Notes under the pieces: model-generated
Database searches by the model: none
What the model was told of the DNA's origin: nothing
What the model saw: the letters and a program-made list of their open reading frames with translations, nothing else
NCBI GenBank assembly: GCA_038087875.1
Contig: CM075996.1
Coordinates: forward strand, 3,350,001 to 3,414,000
Direction of reading: 5' to 3'
Length of the DNA: 64,000 nucleotides
Source: Malacoraja senta
Lineage: Eukaryota
Made by a program: the position numbers and the translations under genes
Shown: positions 25,401-39,418 of the stretch, piece by piece
How positions within the stretch are numbered: the first letter of the stretch is position 1
Layout: each line of letters opens with the position of its first letter

Positions 25401-27399
25401 GTGTTATGGTCCTGAAGCAGTCTTCATTCCAGCACCATCCTAAAGGGCAAAAAGCACTTCCCAGGAATAGTTTTGCCTTACTCAGATCTTCCCAAGTTCG
25501 TGGGTCTTATCCAGTATGAGTATACAGTTACGAGCAGGCAAACAGGATTGGAAAACTTTAAGTTATTTCAGTGAACCTTTTTTTTAATAACTTTATTCAA
25601 CTTCTGTCTGATTTTCAGTTTTGCTGGTTACCACTTCTGCCTTTGGATAATGTTATATCTTCTGATAATAGCAGCGTAGCAAATTGCTCATGTTTCTTAT
25701 TCATCTAAATTGGTTGCAATGTTAGCAAATTTTAGTAAACTTTTGGGCTACTTGGAATTTTGGGATATAAAGATTTCTGGTGAGAAAACTTGATAATTTG
25801 AGCAAATATTATCAAAGCTAATTTCTGTATTTTAACGTTTCACTTTTGACATGACTACATGAATGCTTTTAAATTCATCAAATTGTGTGGGGGAAATGCC
25901 ATAATATTGATCTCAAGATTCCACTATATTATCAATCAATATTAAATACTCGCAAAAGATAATTTTGAAGGTCAAATTACAAAGTGTTGCGCAATTATTG
26001 ATTAGTTACTGTAGACAAAATTACATCTTCACAAATTAGCTTTTTAAAAATGTAACCAAAATAATGTTTTAAAATATGATTCTATATTGATAATATGATT
26101 CTATATTGATATACTGGTCCATGAAAATCATGCTAGAATTTTAAAATCCAAGAGCATGCAAACTTGTCAAATGCGATTCTGTTGCTTTAATTTTTTTATT
26201 TGCTTCAATTGTTTTAATCTCCATTCTTACTGTCTTCAGGCATTCAATGTTGTTTGAGATGCAACACAGCTGAAGCAATTAGGTTCCCAAGCCATTCATA
26301 AACCACCTGCTACAGCACTTGGCCTTCCTTACTAGAGCCCCTCTGTGAGCTATGGTAACTATTAAGGGATCTATTATCTTCTGGAGCTATTAAGAACTGC
26401 TGTAGTGACAGACGGAATTGAGGATGGATCTAATGAATTAGCGTATCTCACTGCCTAGTCAATACTGAACATACAGAGACTGAACTGGATCAGATTTTTA
26501 AACCAGCTGTTGACAATAAATCTGAGTTGACAACATTAAAGTTCTGAATACTGGCCGCTTCCCATCCCAGCTGAATCTCCACAAAAAATTCATATCTCAG
26601 TTTATAAAATAATTCATACAGATATGTCCCTTCACAGTCTCTTTCCTTCTACAACTAACATCACCTCAGCGTGGAACCGAGTAACAATCACACAAACATA
26701 TCACCATTCTTCTATCTACCTCATTGGTGACCCTCTGACGATCTTTGATCGGACTTTACTGGCTTTATCTTGCACTAAACATTATCTCCATGTCATGTAG
26801 CTGTACACTGTGAATGGCACAACTGTAATCATGTATTGTCTGTCTGCTGACTGGTTAGCACCCAAGAAAAGCTTTCCACTGTACAATAAACTAAGCTAAA
26901 CTGATTAATAGACCAAGTCAGTTTGTGAGCAAATGATTCCTATTGAGGATAAATTTTGCCATCTACACCAAAATAATCTAACATCAATGCTTGAAAGTGC
27001 CACAACCCACTGTAATACTACGTTCTTCACAGGATTAAAACCAAGAATTTTGTGAGCTTAATGAATTTGGTCTCGCAGGCATCAAGTAGGAACCGAAAGA
27101 ACAGATGACATAACAGAATGCCTGTCATTAACTACATTATTTGAGGGCTAAATTCCTGAACTATTGTAGGTAGTAAGATGCATAAATTCCTATTGGATAG
27201 GAATGAGAAGAGTAGATGAATAATATCATGCGATAGTCTAAAGGAATCCCTTCCCCATGGTTAAGTAAAGTAGTCAAATTGGAAGCAGCAGGACTAATGA
27301 CGGGTTAAAATGGGAAAAGTGCAAAAGGGATAGAGATAATAAAGCTAAATAGAAAGTAGTAATGAGGTAAATGTATTTTAGTCTCACAATTTACAACTG

Positions 27400-28420
27400 C
27401 TTAAAAACAGGCTTTGTCACTTGACCTTTAAAATCAATGAGAATAAATGGAACGAGAAATTTGGCAACTGGAAACAAATACCTGATATTGCCTGCTAGAT
27501 ACATTAAGGAAAATGTCTTTATTTTTTGCAACATTAATAAGAAAACAGGCTTTATACTTACCCTTCCAGACAGCCCAGTGTGGTGTCCTGAAATATCACC
27601 CTCATCACAGATTTCTTTGGAATATCGCTCCAAGGTGTGAACTCCTATAGCTCGCCGGCAGAACTCCAGCCGACCAGCAAATCGGACCACTATTGGGAAC
27701 CATGCTGAGGTAGCGACGGAAGAGAGAAACAATACATCTTGGGTTGGTCGAGTCTGCATACTGCCGAATGTGTGCTTTTGTCCAAGTTACATCTCTGTAA
27801 GGTTTTGCCACAAATGCTAGATATGCTCCAATTTCATCTGTTCCAAAGATAAACTGATCAATTACTAATCTATTGTGTTCGGTCGCTGCGTGGACACCAA
27901 AATCTTTCCAGAGATAGAAATAGACAGCGTAACTGTAGCTTTTTGCATCTTGAAGTTGAAAGACTATTTGCCAAAGCATTTCTTCTTCTTCTGTATATGG
28001 TTGTGCTTGTTTCCTTAAAGTACTTTGTTGTTTAAGGAATTTTATTTGCCCGTCAAGGACAGTCTGAAACTCAGAAAACTCTCCGTTACAATTGTTGAAG
28101 AAGTCAATGTCCAGTCACTTGCAGATTTCACACAAGTATCGCAAGATTGAACAACAGAGCAGACGGTGGGAATTACGTGAATAAAATTATCCAACTTGCT
28201 GACGCACTTCCTTCACAAACTGACACAACCAGAAATTCAATTCATCACGCGTAATTTCATGAGACAATAATGGCACATTAAGGAACAACTTTTCACATTT
28301 CATACTATTTTCCATTAGATAGTTATTTCGATTTTTAGCCCATTTATCCCGAGTTCGAACTCCCCAGGCTGTGGCTCTCTTTGTACTGTAGGGAATGTTA
28401 GCTTATATCATTAACCGTCT
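27400..28420 (-). pseudogene. Degraded Crypton transposon tyrosine recombinase
   Basis: Hand translation: NIPYSTKRATAWGVRTRDKWAKNRN, ELNFWLCQFVKEVR, KQAQPYTEEEEMLW, YADSTNPRCIVSLFRRYL, AIGVHTL...GISGHHTG-like segment ending LSGR; several stops and a frameshift. Confidence 0.8.
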
Positions 28421-29871
28421 TATGTAATCTGGAATAGTTTTTTTGGGAGCCTTATTTGATAATGGATCCAGCTGTCCCAATGCAAGTTGATCAATTGAAT
28501 GATAAGTTTTAATATTTTTTGACGCATGTGCAGATAACGGGGTGGTAGAATCATTTTGCTGTCCAGCAGTCTTTCCCCCACCACCACCCCCCAAGTGTTT
28601 CCTATTTTATTTACCCTCAAGCCAATTGCCCTAAATAGTGTCAGCGAATTACAACCTAAACAACTAAAGCTAAACTACTGTTATTTATCGCACATCGTTT
28701 CTTTAATCTATCTTAGCCATATTTGTTGCACATTTACGAGTGTATATTTTCATTCAAAGTGAAGACTGGTAGGTGATGCCCAGCTGCAGTTGTTCGTGTC
28801 TCCAAATGTAGCTGCTAGCCACTTAGATTTGCTTTGGAAACTGTCAAGACAATCCCTTAAGTGTCTCCCTGCTGCTGCACTCATCATTACTGTTGTGAAA
28901 AACATCCCATAGGAACAATTTTCCATTTATAATGTGGGATAACTAAATGATGGGTCTTTGTCCCAAACATTATGGAGGGCACTGTATCTGGACTAACCAT
29001 TTCGTACTCTGCTTGAACCCCATCTTATAAATAGATAAAGATGAGGATACTCTTCATTAAGTAATATTTCAAACATTCCATCTATTTTAACATCTGTACA
29101 TAAATCTAACTGGAGCACGAGTCAGCAAAACTAATTCTCAGCCAAACAATAACTCCTAGAATGTGATAAGCTTCAATGTGTTACTGAGGACTGGAGGGGT
29201 CTACTTGCTGTGACAATTGGACAGTGGTAGTCTAATTCAAAAACAGAATAATTAGTGGAAAATGCAGCTTCTAATCAACAATTTACTCTCTTCAATAGCC
29301 TTGTAAAGGGTTAGGGTTTTTTAAAAGAAAAAATCCACATCCCCAATTGCGTTTCTCCACGGCAGGCTGGCTGAACACATTCCAATAAATATTATTATTA
29401 TGCAGTAGGGCCTGTTCCATTTCCACACACCGATGTTCTTAATTTCTCTTTGTCAACCTGATTTCCAATCTCACTAATGCAGTTAAACCTAATCACATTA
29501 CAATCTGTTCTTTTCCACTCCCATCACCAAAACTAGTCAGACACCTAGCTTTAGCTGGAAAATTGAGTGTAATTGGTCTTTGATGTTCAGCAGCATCATA
29601 CACCTATTTTCATGTATTCTACTCTACCAGTTGTGCCACACCCACTGTATTTGTGTTAATGCCAGAATGTTCTACAAATAGAAAAATGTTCCCACACACT
29701 ATCTACTCAATGGAAATAAATTGTAGTGCAATACTCAATAGAAATACTTCCTCTACTAATACTGATATATAAAGGTGAGAAAACGTTGAAATTCCCCAGC
29801 CAATACAGATATATAATAGGCAATCCCCCGACTTTAAAGAGACTTATTTCACAAACATCCACTTCTGATCA

Positions 29872-30523
29872 GTGGGAGCCGCCATCTTGGAGGAACGGCT
29901 GCTAAACAGCAGCCGTCCGTCAAATTCACCTTTTCTTTAGTTTTAGTGTTTTTTATTTCTCTGTTTGTTTGGGGAATTTTGACTTTTAATGTGGGGGGGG
30001 TAAGGGGGAAACTATTCCTAGGTCCCTACCTGGTCGGTGAGGCAGCTTTTTCTCCAGGCTGCCTCGTCGACCCGTCCTTGTGGCCTACCAGCGGGCATGG
30101 AGCGCCGTTTCCTGGCGGGTTCGGTGGCGGCACAGCGCTGGAGCGCTATCAGGGAGCGTAGCGGGCGATGCCTTGCCTGGGTCGCCGCGCTGGAGCTCCG
30201 GTGAGCTGGACCGCCGACACCAACACCTCCGGGCTGCGGGACTGCGGGGCGACCAGCTGCGGGCGGCGGCGCCGACTCCAACATCGGGAGCCTCGTGGCT
30301 CCAAATCGGCGCGGCCCTGTCGGCTTCAGGTGCCATCGACTCCGTCGGGAAACCGGCCGTTCCAGCCGCTCCGAGGACTCTCCCGACGGCCAGGAACATC
30401 GGGCCTCCGTAGAGGCAACTGTGGTGGCCTCGATGGGCCTGACTCTGGGGAGAACTGGGTTGGGGACTGGACATTGTGCCTTCCCCCACAGTGGTGGTCA
30501 TTGTGGGGGGATGATTTTGTGTG

Positions 30524-30557
<34 letters not shown>

Positions 30558-30825
30558 CAGTCCGTGTACAAGATGGCGGTCGGAGGGGAGAGTGGACGCT
30601 GGCGCGAAATGGTCGCCGCTGCTCTCTCCTCAAATTGTGTTTCTTATTTTCTTTTGGTGCTTTTGAAATTGAATTCTGTCCTTGATTTGTGTATTGTGGT
30701 GTTTTCTTATTTAATTTATTCCGATTATGTGTTTTCTGTTTTGTTGTGATTCTATGCATTGTAAGGTGTCCTTGGGTTTTAGAAAGGCGCCAGTAAATAA
30801 AATGATTATTATTATTATTATTATC
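29872..30825 (+). mobile_element. GC-rich non-autonomous retroposon with an L2-like 3' tail
   Basis: CpG-rich body; ends tgtaaggtgtccttgggttttagaaaggcgcc...aataaa then (TTA)n. Confidence 0.65.
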
Positions 30826-32554
30826 AAATGAAATGTACAGGATTGCCGAGTGGAACTCTCATAGCTTAGCTGGCCAGAACTACAGACATAATACTTGTAA
30901 ACGAGATCCCATTCTGGATACCAAGGTGGTATAAAAAGCCTCTTTACATAAAATAAATGATGGCCACAGAAGAGGAGAATAATGAAGTGTGCACTTCTCT
31001 TCGGTCTCCGCAATTATTTACATTTCATCCATTAAAAAATTGCAGAGCTTGAAATTAATGGACTGTAAAATAACAAGAAACCCATATTCATGTACACCGC
31101 AGTAATAACTCACAGGTGCCTGAAGATGGCACCAACAAGAGTAATGCCTCCAAAATCAACAGCACCACCTTGCGGAATTCAATATGACTACAGATGAGAA
31201 GTTCTGTCCAGTCAGGCACTGATTGTTACAATTCCATGAAAGAGTAAAGATCTCAACTGCTGTTCATGGAAGGATTGCAGCAGGGAAGTTTTTAGATCCA
31301 CATGGATAGGACAGGTTTGGAAGGATATGGACCAAACGCAGGCAGGTGCGACTGGTGTAGCTGGGACATGTTGGATGATGTGGACAAATTGGGCCGAAGG
31401 GCCTGTTTCCACACTGTATCACTATGACATAGTCTCTGGTGGCTTTGTAGAACCTGGACATTCTCATTCCTGTCCCTCCCCCAAATTCTCACTCCATAGT
31501 CCTGAAAGAATTGTTTAGCTTTAAATATTTAATCAATTTCTTGATAAGTCAGAGTATTTTTTTAAGAATGTAAATTACATGGTAGACTCTGCAGTAACAC
31601 AAAACATTTCTATATTTCAACTTCCTTTCCCTGTAATTCCTTTCCAAAACTGTAATGTCTACAAAATTAGTAAGTCATACATTTTCAAAACATTAAAAGT
31701 TCCAAAACAAAATCCTCTCATCATATAATTTTGTAACCTAGATGGTTTTGTAACCTATCATGGCAACCTAAATTTCATACTTTGATGGCAGCTTACTGGT
31801 GAAGTTTCAGAACCACATCCATTCAGTATGTCTTGTGTAAGAACAATTCACTCATATCTTTTACCATGTTGCAGCAATGACCAAATCTACTAAAAATTGA
31901 ACATTAGAAGAAACAGACTCTGACATTCAACCAGTATAATGCATGCTCCATACAATCCTCTTATTTACTTCACCTCTCATCAATATATCCTCCTCCTTCC
32001 TCCCTCATATGGTAACCAGCTTCCCCTTACGTGCACCCTTGTAGGCTCCAAATAAAACGTTGTTTGGATGCCTTAGCAAAGCCCATCACAATGTTCGGAT
32101 GATCATGGTAGTGATAAAAGTATTGTTATGAATTCTCTGGCAAATCAGATACAGCTTTTTTGTACATTTCCACAGCTTTTTAACCACTATAGTACAAAAA
32201 TAACTAGCCATAAAATCTAATTCCATCTCATGTTCTAATGGTCTTATGGTCTAATGTTCCTTTTTAACAATCTGTATAATTCAGTATCATCTATATTAAA
32301 ATGAGAGAATGTGTGTGAGCCTTAACATTTCTCTATTTCCTTATGATGAAGGAACTCTGCTGAATCCATGCTGGCTCAGAGGGCAATCCCATTTTCCACT
32401 AGTTTGTCCTATATGCTTCACATTTCCATCAACTACTCCAGATCCTGCAATTTACCCCATACGCGACAATTTCCACATTTTTGGTAGGCGAGACGAAACC
32501 AAGAACCTTGGTGAAACTCACCAGGTTATATGCAAAATATAACTCTCCTTCATG

Positions 32555-32962
32555 CTCAAGAGTAGTCCCCGCGTACTCGAGGCCTCAGCTAGGTCGTGCG
32601 TATTTTTCAACATGCTGAAAAATGCCCGCGAATAAAAAAAGCTCGCCAAGGAAAAAAATCAATATTTTTTTTACCCGTAGGTCGTCATGTTATTCGTAGG
32701 TAATCGAGGGTAGTCAAAGGTAATCAAAGGTAGTCGAAGGTAGTCATAGTCTTCAACATAGTCGAAGGGAGGTCGAAGGAGATCGAAGGAGGTCGTCTTC
32801 ACTCACCACTCTTCGGTGTCCAATTTTCCCGAAGCTAGTCGAAGCTAGTCTTCAACGTAGTCGAAGGAGGCGTTCCACATAGTCGAAGGAGGTCTTCAAC
32901 ATGACACTTTTTCAAACTCTCCTAAACTCGCCAATTAGGTCGCTGCAGTGGGACAGCCCCTT
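32555..32962. mobile_element. Truncated Harbinger-type MITE with internal GTAGTCGAAG-like repeats
   Basis: Right end agtgggacagcccct|taa; CpG-rich interior; left TIR not found. Confidence 0.6.
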
Positions 32963-33058
32963 AACTGGTTACTCCTTTCTAAAAGCCTAAGTGGCCAGGT
33001 GGAGGCATTGCTCCATGTGCATGTCTTAATCATCCACAAGGGATGCACAAAATATTTG

Positions 33059-33293
33059 GTTGTTTTTGCAGCTGGTAAAGTGTTTGAAGGTAGACAGAAA
33101 TGCTGGAGAAACTCAGCGGGTGAGGCAGCATCTATGGAGCGAAGAAAATAGGCAACTTTTCGGGTCAAAACCTGAAGAAGGGTCTCGACCCAAAACCTTG
33201 CCTATTTCCTTCGCTCCATAGATGCTACCTCACCCGCTGAGTTTCTCCAGCATTTTTGTCTACCTTCAAACATTTTACCAGCTGCAAAACAAC
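33059..33293. repeat. Inverted pair of Penelope pseudo-LTR fragments forming a ~235-bp fold-back
   Basis: 33059-33167 is approximately the reverse complement of 33185-33293. Confidence 0.85.
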
Positions 33294-35086
33294 TGCAAAG
33301 TCCTGGTAGACTTTTAAATTGCCTTCAGAATCTCTCAAAGCATTAACTTCATGAGTAACATAATTAAGTCGAGAGAGATTTTAGTGAATGATAAAGACAC
33401 GCTTCTATCTTAGCACTGAAGTGTTAATATGCAACTAGATCAACAATTAAAATTGTCAGATTTCACAGCAGCAATTATAAATAATCTTTTTCACAATCTC
33501 GAATATGTAACTATAACTGTCAGATCCCACAAAGCTGCAATTAGATATTAACTTCTTCACCATCTCCAATGAAAATTATCCACAAAATATTCTTTTATTG
33601 AGTCATTTTGCTCACTCGTAGGTTTCATATGCATCGGTAGTGAATGGCAAAAACTCTGTGTGGAAGTGCACATTTTCATGAAGTTTGAAAAGAGGAGCAG
33701 AGGTAGAAAGATACATTATTAACAAAAATGCGTCACAAAAGAATTATTCTGATACCCAACTTCAATCAAATGTTATCTCTTTGTGGTCCTGGATAGAGCC
33801 AGTTTAAACTTCACAACTTCCAACCGTCCCCCCTTCCAAAAAATTAATCCTTGTCCTGCCAAAGGAATGTCAGTAGATTCTTTTATTGGGACAATCACCA
33901 TTATTAGTAACATTGTTTTTTATTTTAACCATATATTGTTTTATTCGTGTGGTCAAACAGTCATTTACTGTTACTGTTTTATTTGTGATACCCTTTATAT
34001 GTATACGATAATGGCGAACAATCCCCAAACCCAATTTAAACAAGCAATTTGCTAAAATAACCCTTATTAATTTCCCTTACATGACACTTGTTAAAATAAC
34101 ACATTTTGAAATTCATTAACTCCCATAAGATTATTGTTCAAAAATCCTCTACTGAGGAGAGTGAACAAATTCAAATTGTCTTGCCATCTGTGGTGCTTGC
34201 TCAGCCATTATAAATAGGGCAGGATGTGCAACAAATAGCCATAAATTGATAACAAGGAGTGTGCCACTCTGTAGCTGTGTTGCAGTTAATGACAGTGTGT
34301 TTCTCCTGAATGCCTGCTCCTTCATGTGCAAACTTTACTTTTAATTCCAAGACTATTAATGGCAACTTAGACCTCTGACATTTTTGAAGAAGTTTATCTC
34401 TCTATGCGTTTTATGACGACATCTTTATTATTCAAATTTAATTTGCCACTTGGACATTGATAAATGAATAGAACTTCCACAATACTGGAATTAGCAAGGA
34501 ACTACTGAACTTGGTTGTTAAAATGGTTAATAATGCATCTCAAGTAATTTATAGGTTACATTCCGTACTGGAACTACCAGCTTCAGCCTACTGTTTTTTT
34601 TTTAACCCCATATGTTATTTCCAAGCCATGTTTATAACATGGTAGAACATAGAAGTTTGTCATGTGGCCCTTCATGCTTGATCCAACATTCAATATCATA
34701 GCAGATCACTTAGTTCAATACCCTGTCCCACTTTCTTCCCATCTCATATTCACAGCACCCAAGCTTTATATCACCCACAAACTTGAAAATATTGAATCTA
34801 ACTTATTTTCTCATGTACTATAACCTGGAATACCTTGACTTATTTAACATTCCTTGGCAGACATGCGCAGCAAGTGAAGGCACAAAGTTAAGGGAAACGT
34901 TCTTCTCATTGGAAGTGTTTTAATGTCAACTGTTAAAATAATAAGGTAGATCCTATCTCTGTAATTAGGAAACTTGATTTGTTTGTATATATCAGATATT
35001 TAAAGTTCAGTTGATAACCATGTGCGCATGCAAATATGGATGTTTCAAGCAATAATTGTATTATATGGTACTGTTCGTCAGAGTTA

Positions 35087-35444
35087 AGGGCCTGTCCCAC
35101 GGGCTGTGCGACTCCATGCGGCAAGCGCAACCTAACCGGAAGCGGGGGCCGTGCGGAGGTCGCGGGGCAGGTCCCACTTCGATCGCCGGAGCCGTATGGA
35201 GCTGGTCCCGACATCGCGCAGGGCTCCGAAAAACTGACACTGTTCAAAAATTCCGCGCGGCAACGGCCTGCCACCCCGCAGACGCATCGTCGGCCGTACG
35301 CAGCCGCATTGGTAGCGCTTGCCGCATGCAGCCGCATGCTGGTGGGACCGGCCCTGTACGGGGATCACTCGACGTCCGCGCGGCCCCCGCTTCTGGTTAG
35401 ATCGCGCTTGCCGCATGGAGTCGCATGCCCGTGGGACAGGCCCT
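35087..35444. mobile_element. PIF/Harbinger-type MITE, same family as 19478-19794
   Basis: Same TIRs and shared interior; TTA TSD on both sides. Confidence 0.88.
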
Positions 35445-35640
35445 TTAATATTACAATATTTTGTAAGAAATGGGAAAAGAGATATGGTACAAAAGACAGA
35501 TGGTCTAAAGATGACTACAATTTACTCTTCACCGTGTGCAAAAGTGTACTCTCAATTGTATATTATTTCTTATCTTAATGATCCAAGCAACTTATCTCCC
35601 TCTCCCCAATGTTACTAACGTAGACATATTTGGTACTTAC

Positions 35641-35721
35641 CTCTTGTGCCTTTTTCAGGATGGAATCATTTCGAGCTTGATTTGCTGACCCCAGTCTTTT
35701 CTCTATCTGCATTAGCTTTGC
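35641..35721 (-). CDS. ATF7IP: ATF7IP coding exon (AKLMQIEKRLGSANQARNDSILKKAQE)
   Basis: Similar to human AKIARLTKRFEAAKEDLKKRHE; ttgctgcag| and GAG|gtaagt; 81 nt, phase 0 to 0. Confidence 0.9.
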
Positions 35722-36314
35722 CTGCAGCAAATACAAGAGCACAATTATTTAAAAGAATAAATCCCAAAATTTAGTCCAGATGCATATCCACCCAGTTCTG
35801 CTCTTCATACACAATTCTTGGCTGACTGAACATTAAAGTTACAAAACTGTAAACATTTGCTCTTTAAAACCAAACAGAGAAAACTGAAAAAGGAGAAGAT
35901 AGTTGGCGTCAGAAATAGAGGCAAGGGTTTGTCCAAACAGATTACTTGTTCATTTATTTCACAGCTGTCGGTGGTATGTGCAAATGAAATACTGGAGAAA
36001 AACCCCAGAAAAAGATGCATATTTATAACCCCTCAAAAATAACAACGCGAGAAGCTTCTGTTACGTTTTAATTCAGGACTCAAATCAGCCAATTAGGATG
36101 ATGCCGGGCTTCATCCAGTTAATTTACTTAATTAAAAGACGCTCATATCACAGCAAACGAAGGGAAACCAACATCAGAATTTTTATGTGGATATTTTTAG
36201 ACATACTTATTATCTTGGTTTTCAAGATATTAATAAAAAGATTCTATTGGCAGGCTCTGAGGCAAGTTCTGTGCAACAGCTTCAAAGGAGGTCAGCACAC
36301 TCAAAGCACAAAGC

Positions 36315-37070
36315 ACGGAAGTGGCGGCTGCCTGGCAGCTGCGGCTCGCCTGCAGTCCGTCTGTTTTTTCTTTTTTGTTGTTGTTTTCTTTTGTCTGTTT
36401 TAGTTTAGTTTATTAGGTTCTGTAAGTGTGGGGGGGGGGGGGGGTGGGAGAAACATGGTTTTGGTCTCTTCCTTCGGGCGTATGCGACTTTTTCTTGTCG
36501 TGTCCCCAGTCTCCATCTGCGCTGAGGCCTAATGGCGGAGCTGGCGGCCCGACTTGGAGCTGTGGTGGCGTTCCGGCGGCGGCCTGGCTTCGGGGCTGTG
36601 GCGGTGGCCTGACTTCGGAGGCCCGGCCGCGGGCCCAGTGGACATCGTCGGGAGCTCGCATGGTCACAGGTTGGTGACCTGTTTTTACGGAGCTCACACA
36701 ACAACAGCTTCGTCCGCTGGACTGGAGGGCGGCAGCTTCGACCACCCCGGGCCGCGGAGTTTGAATCGGCCCGTTCGCGGAGCTGGATTCAGCTGCGGGA
36801 ATGACTTGCTTACCATCACCCGGCGGGGTCACAACATCGGAGGCCTGGATCGCCTCAGCGCAGAGGGAGAACAAGGAGGGAAGAGACAAAGACTTTTGCC
36901 TTCCATCACAGTGAGGAGGTGCTTGGTGAACTCACTGTGGTGGATGTTAAATTTGTGTTTATTGTGTGTTTTGGTTATTTTTATTATATGTATGACTGCA
37001 GGCACGAAATTTCGTTCAGACCGAAAGGTCTGAATGACAATAAAGGATACTTTGACTACTTTGACTTGAC
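36315..37070 (+). mobile_element. GC-rich non-autonomous retroposon with a hairpin and (TTGAC)n tail
   Basis: Head cggaagtggcggc...gcagtccgtctg, T tract, G run; 3' ttcagaccgaaaggtctgaa hairpin, aataaa, ttgac repeats. Confidence 0.65.
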
Positions 37071-37105
37071 AAAGATGAAATCTATGAACAAATGAATGAA
37101 GACAG

Positions 37106-39418
37106 TGTAGCGGCACCAAACGTGGTGAATAAAGGTGAGACGTCAGGCCGGTTCAAAGAGTCGTTTATTCAGTGCTGACACGTTAGGTTGGTGCCGACTA
37201 TCATAACAGTGTTGCTGTAGCTGAGCGAGGTTGTTCCCTCGGGCTCAGCTACGGGTTGAACTCCTCAAGGTCTCAAGGTGAGATGACCTTAAGTACCAGG
37301 ACACTCCCTCTAGCCCATGACGTCACATGCCCGCCCTCGTACTTCCTGACGAGGGTTCGAGCATAAGTGGCCCGTGTATAGGTTACCGCCACAGGACCCC
37401 CCCCAGAACCGGAGGAAGGAATAGCATGGTCGAGGGCGGCTACTGCATGTGGGGGACACCCCTGGCGTGGGTCGGGATGGAGGGTTCCACGGGCGTGCGA
37501 CGCTCTGCGTGGGCTCCCGAGGTACCCAGGGATGCGAGGGGACCGATGCAGAAACCGCCGGACGGAAGGAGCATCGTCGAGGGAGGCTACTGCATGTGGG
37601 GTCGGCGAAAAAAATCGAGGGCGGCTTCTGCATGTCTGGGACACCCCTGGCGTGGGTCGGGATGGAGGACTCCACGGGCGTGTGACGCTCTGCGTGGGCT
37701 CCACGGGCGTGTGACGCTCTGCGTGGGCTCCACGGGCGCAGTGACGTTCTGCGTGGGCAATCCCGAGGTACCGAGGGGTGCGAGGGGACCGATGCAGAAA
37801 CCGCCAGACAGAAGAGACACAGTCGCATCTCCTCGACCAGCTAAGGGAGAGTGTCCTGTGAAATACGGCCCCCAGCAATGACTGGGAGACGTCGGCATCA
37901 ATGAGGGGAAAAAAACAAAATAAAATAAACAAACCAATTTCTGAACCGGGCGTGGAGATGCAGTGAACACAAAAGGAACAGTAACAACACAAATTACAGT
38001 GCAATCAGTGTCCAAAGTTCAAATTGTCCAGTGTTCATACTGCAGGATAGGAAAGCTGTGCAGCGTTGCAGTGACAGCCTCCGACCTGACGGTGGCGCCG
38101 TTGCCGGTGGTCAGGCTGCAGGGACTACATCCGGCTGGAAGATGGCGCTGTGGACGGCGGTGAGGCTGCAGTGACGACATCCAGCTGGAAGGTGGCGCTG
38201 TGGACGGCGGTGAGGCTGCAGTGACGGCATCCGGCCGGAAGGTGGCGCTGTAGATGGCGGTCAGGTGAGTTCGATTTTCTCAGCGGCCATTTTAGTTGTA
38301 GTTTGTGTGACCTCTTGTTCAGGAGGCCGCGGCGGCCATTTTGCCGGCCGGCTGAGGCGGCCTTCATGAGCAATTGAATCCCTGGGCCGGACAGGCAGCC
38401 AGCCAGCACCCAGGGATCTTCGGAGTCCACGCCGGTGAGGAGAAGGGCGTCTTCGGCAGGCGCCCCAGGTAAGCCCGCCCTATCGGGTGGCCAGGTCCTC
38501 GGCAGCGGCCGGCAGGGCCAGGTGCGGTGCAGAGCGTGGAGCCGTGGTGAGGCCAGGTGCGGTGCTGGGCGTGGGGCCGCGGCGAGCCTGTTGCAGTGCC
38601 GGGTCCGTGGTGAGGTGAGGCCAAGGCAGGGCCTGAAGCGGAGGTCCGGTGCAGTGCAGGGCATGGAGCCGTGTTCGCGGTGCGAGGCCGGGGCTAGGTC
38701 CGTTGTCGGGAGCGGGAGAACGGCAGGTACTCTCTCTCTCTGCTCCCGGAACCGTCGGGCGTGTGTAGGCGTTGCTGTGGGCAGTAGGCTGCTACGCTCG
38801 CAGCTCCTGCAGCAGCTGGTGGGGCAGCGGCGGCTGGTAAAACCTCTCCGCTCCGGTAGTCGGCCCCGGGCAGGTCATGCGGGGGAGCTCAGCGGCCGTC
38901 ACACAAGGCGGCCTGCCCCGTTGCCGGGAGCGGGAGAGCGGCGGCAGCAGCAGCAACAGCTGGTGGGGAAGAGGCGGCATCCCAGATGTAGCGGCATACC
39001 TCACTGCAGGGCCGGGTTGGCGGCAGCGTAGTTCTGCAGGGCTGGGCAGCCGGCTGTAGACATCAGGTCTCCCTCCCGAGGCTGCGTGCGTAAAATCCAA
39101 ATTTCAATTTGGACAGTCGGGGGTCACCAGTGTAGCGGCACCAAATGTGGTGAATAAAGGTGAGACGTCAGGCCGGTTCAAAGAGTCGTTTATTCAGTGC
39201 TGACACGTTAGGTTGGTGCCGACTATCATAACAGTGTTGCTGTAGCTGAGCGAGGTTGTTCCCTTGGGCTCAGCTACGGGTTGAACTCCTCAAGGTCTCA
39301 AGGTGAGATGACCTTAAGTACCAGGATACTCCCTCTAGCCCATGACGTCACGTGCCTGACCTCGTACTTCCTGACGAGGGTTCGAGCATAAGTGGCCCAT
39401 GTATAGGCTACCGCCACA
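37106..39418 (-). mobile_element. Non-autonomous LTR retroelement (Gypsy-like), tRNA-Trp primed
   Basis: 288-bp TG...CA direct repeats at 37106-37393 and 39131-39418; 4-bp TSD acag at 37102-37105 and 39419-39422; minus-strand PBS TGGTGACCCCCGAC; G-run PPT before the 3' LTR; no RT or integrase recognised. Confidence 0.92.

Noticed and set aside
1834..28986. Inward-facing Tc1 termini at 1834 and 28946-28986 as one 27-kb composite transposon
   Set aside because: They enclose conserved host exons; two independent fragments of an abundant family are simpler.
29946..30759. Overlapping ORFs of 70-224 aa on both strands
   Set aside because: Artefact of a GC-rich retroposon and a (TGTGCC)n tract.
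32695..32900. GTAGTCGAAG repeats as a CRISPR-like array
   Set aside because: Short degenerate repeats inside a MITE, no unique spacers, eukaryotic context.
37273..39100. Long overlapping ORFs in the LTR element interior as genes
   Set aside because: GC-rich tandem repeats lacking stops; no recognisable domains.
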